From an uncultured virus (IMG/VR IMGVR_UViG_3300046368_000651) (Duplodnaviria > Heunggongvirae > Uroviricota > Caudoviricetes), in the IMG/VR virus record IMGVR_UViG_3300046368_000651, positions 1 to 64,000 of that record: a DNA stretch of 64,000 bases. The stretch is one strand, 5' to 3'. Shown here piece by piece: positions 47,436 to 57,734 of this stretch. Every line of letters starts with the position of its first letter. Positions within the stretch are counted from its first letter, which is position 1. A model generated the notes under the pieces. The model was not told where the DNA came from. It was given only the letters and a program-made list of their open reading frames with translations, and did no database searches. The translations under genes were made by a program, and so were the position numbers.

Positions 47436-47905
47436 AAGTTAAAGTCTCCTGCACCAGGAATAGTTATTTCTGTGTAGCCATCTTCGCCATCAATAATAAG
47501 TGTAATACTACCATCAGTTTCATCTTTGGTCCATGTAATAGTAGAGCCTTCTACTTCGGTTGTACCAGTATTCGAACACGCTGGCTGGTCTTCTTCGCCA
47601 CATGCTGCAAACATATTATCGACCATTTGTTTTGATAGTGTAGCGTAGATACGTGATTCTAAGTTACGTATAAACTTGTTTAGCACTGTGTTTTCTAGTT
47701 CACGCTCTAAACGATCAGCTTCACGTTGTGCTTCATCGTCAATGTCTTTTTGTCTATTAAACTGTAATTGCTCCATACTTAGTACATGAGCACTATACCC
47801 ATTGCCACTAAACGAAGGTGATTTAAAACTATGCACCAAATCGGCACTTGCTGCTGGTGCATAGTTTGTCATTATAAAAAAGATTATCAAGAATGTGTAT
47901 CGCAT
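47432..47905 (-). CDS. csgF: Curli assembly protein
   Basis: Signal peptide then DLVHSFKSPSFSG; directly upstream of csgG. Confidence 0.8.
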   Translation of the reverse strand: MRYTFLIIFFIMTNYAPAASADLVHSFKSPSFSGNGYSAHVLSMEQLQFNRQKDIDDEAQREADRLERELENTVLNKFIRNLESRIYATLSKQMVDNMFAACGEEDQPACSNTGTTEVEGSTITWTKDETDGSITLIIDGEDGYTEITIPGAGDFNF

Positions 47906-47909
47906 ACTA

Positions 47910-48047
47910 TTATTTATCTAGCAGGTCCTTGCGCTTGTTGAAAAACATATCCCAGAACATCCAGAACAATGCGCTAAGTTGTATTAGGATTGCACCAATA
48001 CCTACTCCGACAAAAAAACAAAATGCTACGTGGATAAAAAGTTCCAT
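47910..48047 (-). CDS. 45-aa transmembrane microprotein
   Basis: MELFIHVAFCFFVGVGIGAILIQLSALFWMFWDMFFNKRKDLLDK; GGAGG ribosome-binding site; TAATG coupling to the upstream ORF. Confidence 0.55.
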   Translation of the reverse strand: MELFIHVAFCFFVGVGIGAILIQLSALFWMFWDMFFNKRKDLLDK

Positions 48048-48193
48048 TACTTGCCTCCTGCATTAGCTTGTATGATTAACCAAAGCGGTCCGCATAGTGC
48101 AATAAGAGCACCAAGCACAACATCGCCTAGTGCAATAAAAGTAATACCTAAGATTGTACATATGATAGCGTAAATAAACATTCCTTGTGTCAT
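48047..48193 (-). CDS. 48-aa transmembrane microprotein
   Basis: MTQGMFIYAIICTILGITFIALGDVVLGALIALCGPLWLIIQANAGGK; AAGGAG ribosome-binding site. Confidence 0.55.
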   Translation of the reverse strand: MTQGMFIYAIICTILGITFIALGDVVLGALIALCGPLWLIIQANAGGK

Positions 48194-48287
48194 AGCGTTT
48201 CTCCTTTGTGTTGCTATACATATAATATAGCATTAGAGCCGCAAGGATACAACCTAGCAAAAGTAGGGGTTTTGGTATAATAAGTTT

Positions 48288-49367
48288 TTAGAGGTCTGTG
48301 CCTTGCTCAACATCTTTTGTTGAGATAGTAGCAAGTTGTTTGAACAGAGGACCTGTCTCGACTATAATTTTATGTCTTTCAGCTCTTTTTGATCCATCAT
48401 CTCTAACTTTTGCTGCACCATAACTATATCTAATCATAAACAAAAAATTCCTTTGCTGGCCGATTTCGTGTACATATAGTGTTGGTCTTCCACCTAATTT
48501 CAAACTAGTCTCTAAGTTTACATTAGCAAGATTTTTACGCATAGTTCTAATTGTTTGTGCAGTGTAATCGTTTTTACCTAAATTAACAATATAAACTCTT
48601 GGATCTTTCTTTGTAAGATGCTCATCCATAAATCCAGCAACATTTGTAATTAGTTGTATTTCTTTAGCAGGATCATCACCTGCTGTAAGTGCGTTCAAGT
48701 CATCACTAACTTGCTTCATTATTGAAACAACATGTTCTGCCGGATTTTCTTCGTAGTTCTCAATCGGCTTTAGTGTGACGCCCATTTCTTTAAAGAACAC
48801 TTGCATATTTTCAAATGTTCTAGGCGATGCTTGTCCAATAAGATTACTTCCTGTTTTTAGACTCCAGCCTTTAATTGTACGTTCTGTGCCATCTTCTTTT
48901 TTGTAAATTAAAAAGATGTCTGCTTTTGTACCTTTTTGATCTTCTTCACCTGCTGCTTTAACAACTATTCTATCTGGCTTTCCGTTTTCGTAAAAGATTT
49001 TACTCCATTTTTTAGCATAGACATCACTGTTTGCAAATCTTACTGCACCATCAAGTTCGTCTGACATTACGCTAGTAAGTGCTTCAATATCTTTTGCATC
49101 TGCAATATTTTTCTTATTACTAATAATATTTTTAAAAGCAATGCTATCGCCTTCGTCACTCATAAATGTTAGGCTTAGGTCTTTAGTTTTAGAAGTTCTA
49201 CTTAATACTGCTTTGACTTGCTCAGCTGTAACTTGTTCATCACCAATAATCATTTTTGCAACAACTGCACCGCCTAGCAAGTACTCTCCCATGTGTCCAC
49301 GAGTTGAGCCGTGCTTTAATTTAGCTACTTTGGCTTCTGTAATATTTTTAAAATCACTGTAACGCAT
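48288..49367 (-). CDS. Hypothetical protein, possible PD-(D/E)xK nuclease fold
   Basis: 359 aa; GE...KADI...SLK arrangement. Confidence 0.45.
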   Translation of the reverse strand: MRYSDFKNITEAKVAKLKHGSTRGHMGEYLLGGAVVAKMIIGDEQVTAEQVKAVLSRTSKTKDLSLTFMSDEGDSIAFKNIISNKKNIADAKDIEALTSVMSDELDGAVRFANSDVYAKKWSKIFYENGKPDRIVVKAAGEEDQKGTKADIFLIYKKEDGTERTIKGWSLKTGSNLIGQASPRTFENMQVFFKEMGVTLKPIENYEENPAEHVVSIMKQVSDDLNALTAGDDPAKEIQLITNVAGFMDEHLTKKDPRVYIVNLGKNDYTAQTIRTMRKNLANVNLETSLKLGGRPTLYVHEIGQQRNFLFMIRYSYGAAKVRDDGSKRAERHKIIVETGPLFKQLATISTKDVEQGTDL

Positions 49368-49390
49368 TTGTATATTCCTGTTTTATATAT

Positions 49391-50077
49391 TTATTCAATA
49401 TCAGGGAATAAACATTCTTGTACGAATACTCTTACGTCCTCTTCGTCAAGTCCTAAACTGGTCATTGTTTTAGGAGTATGTGGATTTTGTTTTTGGTAAT
49501 GGGCATAACGATTTTGTGCAGTCTTAACTTCATCTGTATCTGCCATATGATTGTGATTACCAATTTCAGTAAGATATGCATCAACACTATCTAAACTAAG
49601 TTCTAGTAGTTGATCAAGTTCTTCACGTTTGCTCACGTTACCTGCTGCTACCATATGTGGTGAGAAAATTGCTTGAGCCCACTCAGGTAGTTCACGTTCT
49701 TTGCGCCATTCAAGTTTACCTACTTCGTCACCAAATGCTTCAATCATTGGATGATCAGCATCTACGGTTCTGCTGTAGTCGTGAAAGAATCCTGTAATTT
49801 TATTTTTACCAGCAATAACATCTAAGCCAAAAACAGGACCGTTATTGTCTAGTCTAGGAAATACACAACAATGCATCATCCACAAGCCTTTGCTGTCACG
49901 TACATCAACTACATCAATGTGTGCTCTGCGATAGCTGTCACTGCTCCATACTCTATTAAGCCAGCCTGGTTGATTGAATCTATCCATGCCAGGTTCTTGT
50001 ATTTCTGTACCTGTAGCATCAAATGCATCAATTAGTCTATCTTGTATTTCAATTAAGGTTTCCCAAACTTCACTCAT
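49391..50077 (-). CDS. pcyX: Ferredoxin-dependent bilin reductase (PcyA/PcyX type)
   Basis: RRAHIDVVD, MMHCCVFP, PVFGLDVIAG, RELPEWAQAIFS and QNRY...QKQNPHT motifs. Confidence 0.8.
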   Translation of the reverse strand: MSEVWETLIEIQDRLIDAFDATGTEIQEPGMDRFNQPGWLNRVWSSDSYRRAHIDVVDVRDSKGLWMMHCCVFPRLDNNGPVFGLDVIAGKNKITGFFHDYSRTVDADHPMIEAFGDEVGKLEWRKERELPEWAQAIFSPHMVAAGNVSKREELDQLLELSLDSVDAYLTEIGNHNHMADTDEVKTAQNRYAHYQKQNPHTPKTMTSLGLDEEDVRVFVQECLFPDIE

Positions 50078-51255
50078 GTTCTCTCCGTTTCAATAAATTT
50101 ATTCTCTGGCAGCGATCCCCAATTGTAATATACTAAATGGTCAACGCCGATTTTTTTAGGTTGTTCGTATGCCTCTGACATAAACAAAAGCAAGTTTAAT
50201 TTTTCGTCATTGGCTGTATAATTAATTTGTGATCGTAGTTGTTTCTGTTCTTCGTTGTATGATGATACTAATAGTTCGTAGTTGTGAACTATATCTTGAT
50301 TGATCTGATCAAACGGTAATGTATTCCAATTATCTTTAAGCCAGGTTATGTTTCTATATATAGTATCATATCTTTGTAATGTATTGTAAATGTGGTCGTA
50401 TTTTTCTGGGAAGTATTTTTCAAACGTTCTATAGCCCTGCTTACTTAGGCATTCTAGCATCCGCGGCTCGGCAAACATTATAAACGGATGATGATTTAGT
50501 ATTGCTCTCCATGTTTTTTCAGTGATCCAATTGCTACCAGTTTCAGGGCAACTATTTGATTCTGATATGAAACTAAAAGATGTATTTTCATACAGCGTGT
50601 GATCAAACGGAACTCCGTCGTGATGGAAAGCGCCTCCGGCCTTAACGTGAGATATTTGATCTGGGTTCCGAGCATGTCTTTTTAAAAACTTCGCTACAAA
50701 CTTTTTACTTCGAATGGGTTCCTGGGCGTCTCTATTAGCCTTATGTACTACATCGGTTATAGCATCAACTTGACTATTGACATAGTGCAAACTCCATTCC
50801 ATGTCGTTTGTATTTAATATTTCCAGTTCTTTAAATTGTATTAATGGCATGATCCTATTTAACTTGTCTGATTTACCTGATAGAAACAAGCCTCTAAATT
50901 TATCTCTATTCCACTTGGTGGAGAATTTTTGATCTTGATGGTCAACACTGTGTAAAATTTTATGCTTGAAGAATGCATATGGTATTACGTATGGGTGATG
51001 AAATTTAGTATCTTGTAATTGTGCTAAGTTGCAAAAATGAAAATGCAAATAGTTTTCCTGCGTACAGTATCTATGAATATACTGAACGTGTTGCTGTAAT
51101 AGACCGGATGGGTACAATTCCCAAAGCGACGATGTTATAACTGTTATTTGATATTCTTTGAAGGTTTCAAAAAATTCCTTCATGTGTTCGACTGTGTTCT
51201 GGGCATTGTTAGCATCATCAACAGGAATATTAAAAAATGCAAATAACCTTTTCAC
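50074..51255 (-). CDS. Hypothetical protein (glycosyltransferase-like C-terminus)
   Basis: SFISES...ITEKTWRAILNHHPFI...L...GYRTF. Confidence 0.5.
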   Translation of the reverse strand: MKRLFAFFNIPVDDANNAQNTVEHMKEFFETFKEYQITVITSSLWELYPSGLLQQHVQYIHRYCTQENYLHFHFCNLAQLQDTKFHHPYVIPYAFFKHKILHSVDHQDQKFSTKWNRDKFRGLFLSGKSDKLNRIMPLIQFKELEILNTNDMEWSLHYVNSQVDAITDVVHKANRDAQEPIRSKKFVAKFLKRHARNPDQISHVKAGGAFHHDGVPFDHTLYENTSFSFISESNSCPETGSNWITEKTWRAILNHHPFIMFAEPRMLECLSKQGYRTFEKYFPEKYDHIYNTLQRYDTIYRNITWLKDNWNTLPFDQINQDIVHNYELLVSSYNEEQKQLRSQINYTANDEKLNLLLFMSEAYEQPKKIGVDHLVYYNWGSLPENKFIETERT

Positions 51256-51791
51256 TCACTCTCCAACTCCTCAAATAATTGCATAGCAAATTGAAAACAA
51301 ATATTTGCTTCTTCGGCCATGTCGTCGTGTAACATCGATCTCACTGTAGTTTTTAGTTCTTCTACATTTTCAAAATCATACATTGTGCCAGAGCCAGGAT
51401 TACGTTTGCGAATCATTTGTCCGCCGTACATATCACCAAAGTGTCTAACATAAAGATGTGCTAGAAATTCGTCCCTGTGTTCCATGTGCATTACATAATC
51501 TGTGTAGTCTGCTACAACTTGACAAAGTTGCAGTTCTTTACGATCAATATCAAACTCTTCTTCTAGTTCGGTCATATCCGCATGGATATTATTTGCTCTA
51601 GCAAGGTGTTCAATGCCTTCTAATGCACCGTGTCTGCCGGCTTGTGCTTCTAGTACTGCATACAATGCCCATTGATTGTAAAGGTAAGTATGGTATTCTT
51701 CTGGTTTCATGCCCTTCAATAACTTGCGGGCATGTTCTGTTCTTTCTGCTTTACTATGGTTTTCCCATGTAAGTTCTTTAAGTTTGCTCAT
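51252..51791 (-). CDS. hemO: Heme oxygenase
   Basis: LKELTWENHSKAE, AHLYVRHFGDMYGGQMI and EEANICF motifs. Confidence 0.9.
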   Translation of the reverse strand: MSKLKELTWENHSKAERTEHARKLLKGMKPEEYHTYLYNQWALYAVLEAQAGRHGALEGIEHLARANNIHADMTELEEEFDIDRKELQLCQVVADYTDYVMHMEHRDEFLAHLYVRHFGDMYGGQMIRKRNPGSGTMYDFENVEELKTTVRSMLHDDMAEEANICFQFAMQLFEELESE

Positions 51792-52090
51792 TTGTCCTCT
51801 TCAATTTTGATACGCAATGGAAATTTATTTTCCTTGCAAATACTTTGTGCTTCTAATGCCTTCTGTTCTGCTATTTCGTAGTTATACGTACCAACTATAC
51901 CTGAACCTTCTTCGTGAATTTTGTTAGTAATTTCCATTGCTGTATGTTCATTATGATGAAAAATGTTTACTAACAATGCAATTACAAAGTCCATTGGTGT
52001 CTTGTCATCATTAAGAAAGATCACATGATACAAACTAGGCTCTTTAATTTTAATTTTGATTTTTTCATCTAATACTACATCAGTACTCAT
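51788..52090 (-). CDS. clpS: ClpAP adaptor
   Basis: PSLYHVIFLNDDKTPMDFV...IHEEGSGIVGTY..EIAEQK...FPL. Confidence 0.93.
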   Translation of the reverse strand: MSTDVVLDEKIKIKIKEPSLYHVIFLNDDKTPMDFVIALLVNIFHHNEHTAMEITNKIHEEGSGIVGTYNYEIAEQKALEAQSICKENKFPLRIKIEEDK

Positions 52091-52104
52091 ATTATTCTCC
52101 TAGT

Positions 52105-52129
52105 AAAATGGGGGGATATTACTCCCCCC
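52105..52129 (-). terminator. Possible intrinsic terminator
   Basis: GGGGG-AGUAAUAU-CCCCC followed by a short AUUUU after the sHSP stop. Confidence 0.45.
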
Positions 52130-52136
52130 TAGACTG

Positions 52137-52583
52137 TTAACCTTCAATTGCATCAAAGTTTTTGATAGAAATTTTCTTTGGTTTCTGTGCTTCTGGCACA
52201 TTGCGCACCAAATGAATGTTAAGCATACCTAATTCAAGTCCAGCTTGTTCTACTTCGATATGCTCTGCTAGAGTAAACTCTCTACGGAAGTTACGTCCGC
52301 CAATACCTTTATGTAGGTAATTAACGTCTTCGCCTCCTGGAGGAGTAGTACCTTCAATTGTAAGGACATTCTTTTCTAGTGTAATATCCAAATTGTCCAT
52401 ACCAAAGCCAGCAACTGCCAACGAGATCATATACTCGTCTTCGTCGATTTCTACTACATTGTATGGTGGATAACCTTGTGATTTACTGTTTGCAAACTCT
52501 TTGTTGAGTTGGTTAAACATTCTATCAAAGCCAATAGTTGCTCTGTGAAATTCAGGTAGGTTTAGTGTTGTTAATCTTGTCAT
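52137..52583 (-). CDS. ibpA: Small heat shock protein (Hsp20/IbpA family)
   Basis: IGFDRMF, YPPYN, LAVAGF, YLHKGIGGRNFRREF.LA and PEAQKPKKI motifs. Confidence 0.92.
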   Translation of the reverse strand: MTRLTTLNLPEFHRATIGFDRMFNQLNKEFANSKSQGYPPYNVVEIDEDEYMISLAVAGFGMDNLDITLEKNVLTIEGTTPPGGEDVNYLHKGIGGRNFRREFTLAEHIEVEQAGLELGMLNIHLVRNVPEAQKPKKISIKNFDAIEG

Positions 52584-52634
52584 TTGTTTCTCCTTATAAA
52601 GCAAGAATTATATTGAGCCCTTTCGGCGCTCATG
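52581..52634 (-). promoter_or_regulatory. ROSE-like RNA thermometer
   Basis: UUCUUGCU-UUAUA-AGGAGAA pairs over the SD with a bulged G; an upstream GAGC..GAAA..GCUC hairpin. Confidence 0.6.
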
Positions 52635-52635
52635 T

Positions 52636-53796
52636 TTATTTACCAATTGTCGATCCTTCATAGACCGGATTGTGTGTTTGTGTGCAACGAATAAATGTTG
52701 TACACTTTGCTAGTTGTTTTAGTTTCATTGCACCTGCATAGGTACATGTACTACGCACACCTCCGAGGATCTCTTGTACCGTTCTGGCTACTTCTCCTCT
52801 ATAAGGCACTAACACTGTGCGTCCTTCTGATGAACGATAGTTTTTCAATCCACCAAAATGCTTGTCGTTTGCACTTTCGCTACTCATACCGTAGAATTGC
52901 ACAAAATGTTTTTCTTCATAAACAGATTCAAAGAATCCGTCATCTGTTTTAGTTACTTCATTGGTTTCGTAAGTCTTAGTGATTATCTCACCACCGCCTT
53001 CATTGTGCCCAGCAAGCATGCCACCAAGCATAACAAAATCTGCGCCGGCAGCAAAGGCCTTAGCGACATCTCCAGGGCAAGTACACCCACCGTCAGCAAT
53101 AATGTGACCACCAAGTCCGTGTGCTGCATCAGCGCACTCGATGACTGCAGATAGTTGCGGATATCCCACACCAGTTTGAATCCTAGTAGTGCAAACAGAC
53201 CCGGGACCAATGCCCACTTTAACAATATCAGCTCCTGCAAGGATAAGTTCCTCCGTCATTTCTCTAGTTACTACGTTACCAGCAATGATTACCAAGTCTG
53301 GAAACTCTGTACGTACTTTGCGAACGTGTGCTGCAAAATGATCGCTGTAACCATTAGCAATATCTATACATACATATTTAAGTTTATGTTCAACTTCTTT
53401 CTTTACTTGCAATAGTTTGTTGTAATCACTATCACCTGTGCCAATACTCATGGCTACATTTTCGGTGCGTTCTATAGAATCGCCATCTAAGTCTGCACCA
53501 TTGAAGTACTCAATTAAATATTCTGCACTGTATGTCTTAACCAAACAAGTAAACATTTCGCCTTCAGCAAGTTTGTCCGCCATGCGCATTGTACCAACAC
53601 CGTCCATATTACTTGCCATTATTGGAATACCTTCGTAGTGATATTCATCAGGTAATGGTGTTGCAATGTCGTGATCGTAATGCCTAAATTGGAACTTACG
53701 ATTAAGTTTAACTTGACTACGACTTTTAAGTGTACTACGCTTAGGACGGATCAACACATCCTTGTAGTCTAATTTAATATCTTCTTCAATTCTCAT
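52636..53796 (-). CDS. guaC: GMP reductase
   Basis: [47 protein letters not shown] and YRSSEG motifs. Confidence 0.95.
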   Translation of the reverse strand: MRIEEDIKLDYKDVLIRPKRSTLKSRSQVKLNRKFQFRHYDHDIATPLPDEYHYEGIPIMASNMDGVGTMRMADKLAEGEMFTCLVKTYSAEYLIEYFNGADLDGDSIERTENVAMSIGTGDSDYNKLLQVKKEVEHKLKYVCIDIANGYSDHFAAHVRKVRTEFPDLVIIAGNVVTREMTEELILAGADIVKVGIGPGSVCTTRIQTGVGYPQLSAVIECADAAHGLGGHIIADGGCTCPGDVAKAFAAGADFVMLGGMLAGHNEGGGEIITKTYETNEVTKTDDGFFESVYEEKHFVQFYGMSSESANDKHFGGLKNYRSSEGRTVLVPYRGEVARTVQEILGGVRSTCTYAGAMKLKQLAKCTTFIRCTQTHNPVYEGSTIGK

Positions 53797-54469
53797 TTAT
53801 TCTCCTATACAGTTCATCAGCCCACAGGCTGTAACCGTTAGCGTTTGGATGACCATCCTTACTAAAGTACTTTAAGTTTACACGATCTTTTGCTGTTTGT
53901 CTACCATATTTTTTATGTACATAACTTAAAGATTCATCTACTTCTCCGCACCGATTTCTGTCACCATCTAAAAAACTGCGCATAGTTGTGTTAGTAATTA
54001 TTTTATCTTTGTTTAACAACGAATAAACAGTTTCACTGTTGTCAAAATTATATGTGCCGTCAATACGTTTAAGATCATCAAAGCTAACAAATGCCAAACA
54101 GTCTATGTTGTTATTCATACAATAGGTTTGCCAACTATGTAGCATTACCATTGATTGATACTGAACTGCTTCGTCACTATAATACTTTAGCATAAAGTTT
54201 GAATCAAACTTGTCATTGCTTATAGTTTGAAACTTACTATTGATTAGTCGACTAAAGGCTGTTAGGCCCCATACTGCTATGCTGTCTTTATGAATTGGCT
54301 GTTTTAAAAAACTAAGATACTGTAACCAATTACTATCACCTTGTCCGCCAAGGTTAGTATATTCGCATCCTAGTTTATCTGCTAATCTGCCTACCCATCC
54401 GCCTAAACGAAATTCATCGTCAGTGCCTTCAGTCCAACTACATCCTAATGCATAAAGGTGTGTTACCAC
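53786..54469 (-). CDS. SGNH-hydrolase-like protein
   Basis: [16 protein letters not shown] and DGHPNANGY motifs. Confidence 0.65.
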   Translation of the reverse strand: MVTHLYALGCSWTEGTDDEFRLGGWVGRLADKLGCEYTNLGGQGDSNWLQYLSFLKQPIHKDSIAVWGLTAFSRLINSKFQTISNDKFDSNFMLKYYSDEAVQYQSMVMLHSWQTYCMNNNIDCLAFVSFDDLKRIDGTYNFDNSETVYSLLNKDKIITNTTMRSFLDGDRNRCGEVDESLSYVHKKYGRQTAKDRVNLKYFSKDGHPNANGYSLWADELYRRINEN

Positions 54470-54702
54470 TGATCCTGAGCTTTTGCACGTAGTCTCTTAT
54501 AACGTCGAATAGCGGCTTCTTTTTCCTTGCGGCGCTTTGTACCTCTTGATTCATAGTACTCACGTTTACGCAATTCTTGTAGTAGTCCGTCATCAGATAC
54601 TTTCTTTTTAAATTTGCGTAATGCCTTTGTAAAGTCGCCGTTGTGTACTACAACATGCAATCCTCTAAGTTCTTCGTCACGTTTCTTTTTGTTAAATTTC
54701 AT
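54463..54702 (-). CDS. rpsU: Ribosomal protein bS21
   Basis: KALRKFKKKV...GLLQELRKREYYE...KRRKEKEAAIRR. Confidence 0.9.
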   Translation of the reverse strand: MKFNKKKRDEELRGLHVVVHNGDFTKALRKFKKKVSDDGLLQELRKREYYESRGTKRRKEKEAAIRRYKRLRAKAQDQW

Positions 54703-55084
54703 CTAATCCTCGTTTGATGTAGTGTTCTAAATATTGCAAGTCGTATATACGATTCGCACTAAGTTTATTATACGGGGTGATCCCGTCATTTGTCAAGTAA
54801 AAAGTGTTAGGTTGCGAAATAATCCAACCTGCTATATTTTTTGTTACAGGTGTACAAAAATCAAGATCGATAATTATCATGTTAACTTTTTTAACATGGT
54901 CGATCATCCAATCTATTTCTAAATCATCTTGGTGATCATACAAATAGATATTCACAGGAGCGCTGGTATGCGATAATAAATCGCTTACTGCATCTCTAAT
55001 TTCTTGTTGTGGATATACTAACATAATGCTATAAACATCGTTATTAATACTATCGGGGGGAGTTATTAAAGTAATATCACTCAT
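54692..55084 (-). CDS. Hypothetical protein
   Basis: ORF starting MSDITLITPPD. Confidence 0.6.
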   Translation of the reverse strand: MSDITLITPPDSINNDVYSIMLVYPQQEIRDAVSDLLSHTSAPVNIYLYDHQDDLEIDWMIDHVKKVNMIIIDLDFCTPVTKNIAGWIISQPNTFYLTNDGITPYNKLSANRIYDLQYLEHYIKRGLDEI

Positions 55085-57203
55085 TGCGTTTTTGTAGTTT
55101 ACTCCAAAGGCTTGATTCGTCTTGTTCATTGTTTTGAACATAAGGCTCCTGATGCCATGGCAAATCTTCATCCTTACCTTTTATATATCTGTCTTTATAG
55201 TACTTGATATTCTGTTCTGGATGGTCTGTTTTCCATGCTTTCTTTGCTGCCTTGTAGTCTTCATCGCCCTCGAGTGTTTCTACAAAATTACTACGTTTTA
55301 ATTGTTCTCTATCCAGCCCTTCGGCAGGCATTCCTCTTTGTTGTCCGGCTCCAGCTGTGTTACGCAACTCGGTAGTGGAGTTGGATTCTTCTCCGGTGTC
55401 TTCTGTGTTTCTATTGATAAAGGTTTCTCCATCTCCGGTTTTATCTGAACTAGTGTGGTGTGCATATTTAACATGCTTATTATCATCGACTGAATTGTCA
55501 TTTTTATTCTCCTTGCTAGTGCGGCGCATTTCAAATGTTGCCTGACTAGCTATCAGCAATAAGACTGCAAGTGGATCAAATACAAATATGATTGTAATAA
55601 TAACCCAACGAACAGCTTCTTCTAATATATCTTGATCAGTTTCTCCGTATATAAATTCTGCAAGATATTTTATCGGTCCTACTTCTGCTTCTAATTTTCT
55701 GTATTCTGCTTGTAGAGTATACTTGTCTTCAGTTAAACTGTCAATAGTATTATTTGCTTCTACAATCTTGTTTTCCTGTGTATCTATAACAGCTTCGATA
55801 TCTGCATCTTTTCCTATAGTGATAGTATCACGTAATCTTTGGATAAGAGTATTACTTGCGGCAATTTGTGCGTCTGCACTTGCTCTAAGGTCTTTAATTG
55901 CTTGTCTTGCTGTGTTGATACGAGGATCATCTGCTTGTCTTAAGGCAGTAATTGCGTCTTGTGCAGTTTGCCTTGCTTTTCTGTTTGCAGGAATGTCTAT
56001 GTCTAAGACTGTGTCTATCTTTGTCTGTATATTTGCTCGCATTAATTTTGCTTCGTCAACAGCGCCACTTCGGATACTGTCAACTGCATTTAACAAAGAT
56101 TGTTTACGTTGTAAAACATTGTCGGTCTGTGTGCCACGCAGATCTTTTACTAGATCTGTTAGTCGTGTTCTTTCGGCATCTAAGGTGCCTTGTGCCTGTG
56201 TTCTTAATTGTACTGCTTGTGTTTGTAATGTGCTTATACGTGATTGCTGTGCGTCTACCCATTTGGCAAGAGCAGTTCTTGTGTTGCTACCAAACAAACC
56301 GTCACTGGTAACACCTATAACAGCCTGTCCTTCTTGTATCTTAGCACGTTCAGTACTTTGTAATTTATTAGTTGTAACTACAATTGCATTTTCTATGTCT
56401 GCAATTTGTTGTTGCAATGCTTCAATCGCACTGTTGTCAATGCTTACTTCGCTTATGCGTTGTTCATATTCATTTGCTTGTGTGTTGATGCGTTCTAAGT
56501 CTGCATCTAGTTGTGCAATCTGATCACTGTATGGTTGTACTTGCGCTTCAATACTTGCTACACTTGTACCAGCAAGTTCGGTTCTGTAGCTTTCTACTAC
56601 ACTATTTAAACGCTGTAAATCAGCATCCAAACTAACTAGCTCTTCTTCATACACATTCACTTGATCTTCAAGTGCTTGTAATTGTGTTTGAATTATTGTA
56701 TTCTGTTCATCAATAGCAGGCTGTATACGTTCGTAGGCTGTATCAATTCTGCCTTGCTCTTTATCAATTTGATCTTGTACTGCATTATTACCAGCGCCTA
56801 CACTTGCTTCTGCTTCTACAATACGTTCTCTTGCACGAACAATAACTGCATCTTGTCGAACAAGCTCTTGTTCAATGCGTTCAATTTGTGCAATGCCTTC
56901 GTTGGCTGCACTAGTTTGTTCAATATGTGCTTTACTTAGAAAGCCAAAAATACCCATGCTTGTAATAAACATCAATACAACCACAGCAATAGCTAGATAG
57001 TATTTTAGCCACCAACGTGCTTTGTGCCAATACTTGTGCAACCACACTGCTGTAACTAACTTGCCTATTTCTAAAGCACCGCCCATAATAACAATGGGTA
57101 GGGCAGCGGCGGCAAAAATTGCCACTAGTCCGCTGACCGAATAATATATTGCAACGGCACTAATACATAGTGCAGTTATTAAAACTAGTAAACCTAAAAT
57201 CAT
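55077..57203 (-). CDS. Membrane-anchored coiled-coil protein with a peptidoglycan-binding-like motif
   Basis: N- and C-terminal TM segments, a long coiled coil and DGLFGSNTRTAL. Confidence 0.7.
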   Translation of the reverse strand: MILGLLVLITALCISAVAIYYSVSGLVAIFAAAALPIVIMGGALEIGKLVTAVWLHKYWHKARWWLKYYLAIAVVVLMFITSMGIFGFLSKAHIEQTSAANEGIAQIERIEQELVRQDAVIVRARERIVEAEASVGAGNNAVQDQIDKEQGRIDTAYERIQPAIDEQNTIIQTQLQALEDQVNVYEEELVSLDADLQRLNSVVESYRTELAGTSVASIEAQVQPYSDQIAQLDADLERINTQANEYEQRISEVSIDNSAIEALQQQIADIENAIVVTTNKLQSTERAKIQEGQAVIGVTSDGLFGSNTRTALAKWVDAQQSRISTLQTQAVQLRTQAQGTLDAERTRLTDLVKDLRGTQTDNVLQRKQSLLNAVDSIRSGAVDEAKLMRANIQTKIDTVLDIDIPANRKARQTAQDAITALRQADDPRINTARQAIKDLRASADAQIAASNTLIQRLRDTITIGKDADIEAVIDTQENKIVEANNTIDSLTEDKYTLQAEYRKLEAEVGPIKYLAEFIYGETDQDILEEAVRWVIITIIFVFDPLAVLLLIASQATFEMRRTSKENKNDNSVDDNKHVKYAHHTSSDKTGDGETFINRNTEDTGEESNSTTELRNTAGAGQQRGMPAEGLDREQLKRSNFVETLEGDEDYKAAKKAWKTDHPEQNIKYYKDRYIKGKDEDLPWHQEPYVQNNEQDESSLWSKLQKRNE

Positions 57204-57218
57204 CGTGTAGTATTTAGC

Positions 57219-57710
57219 CTATTCCCACCTATAGAATATATGCGCACCTATTCTTCCGACTAGTTGTAGTGTCTTAGCCCAACGTGGATTAACATATGTA
57301 GCGTGATAATGCGTAGAGCCTTCCGTAATGCCGCGATATTTGTTTTCTTCAACCATATTCCAAGCAATACTTTGTGCTTCTACCCAACGATCTTCGTCTT
57401 GTGGCCTGTCATGTTTTCCGTCACAGTACCAACTGAATTGACACTTGTTACGTAGCATATTTCCGTTAGCATCTTGTAATCCTTGCTTGACTACACCACA
57501 AACTGTATCTGGATAACGTGTATCATTTACACGATTCAGCACTACGTCTGCTACTGCTGCCTTGTCTGCTAGGTTGCTTCCTCTTGCTTCATAGTATACA
57601 TTCAGTGCCATACACTGCACTTGTGGAAATAGTTTTTCCAATTCAAAGTTTTGAGCCGATGCTGGACCGGTCACGAAAAGTAGCATTACTGCTGTAATAA
57701 AATGTTTCAT
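57219..57710 (-). CDS. Cell wall hydrolase (SleB/Hydrolase_2 family)
   Basis: CMALNVYYEARG, VVLNRV...YPDTVCGVV, CQFSWYCDG, HYHA and IGAHIFY motifs. Confidence 0.92.
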   Translation of the reverse strand: MKHFITAVMLLFVTGPASAQNFELEKLFPQVQCMALNVYYEARGSNLADKAAVADVVLNRVNDTRYPDTVCGVVKQGLQDANGNMLRNKCQFSWYCDGKHDRPQDEDRWVEAQSIAWNMVEENKYRGITEGSTHYHATYVNPRWAKTLQLVGRIGAHIFYRWE

Positions 57711-57734
57711 ATTTCTACCTCAATGATTGTTTTG

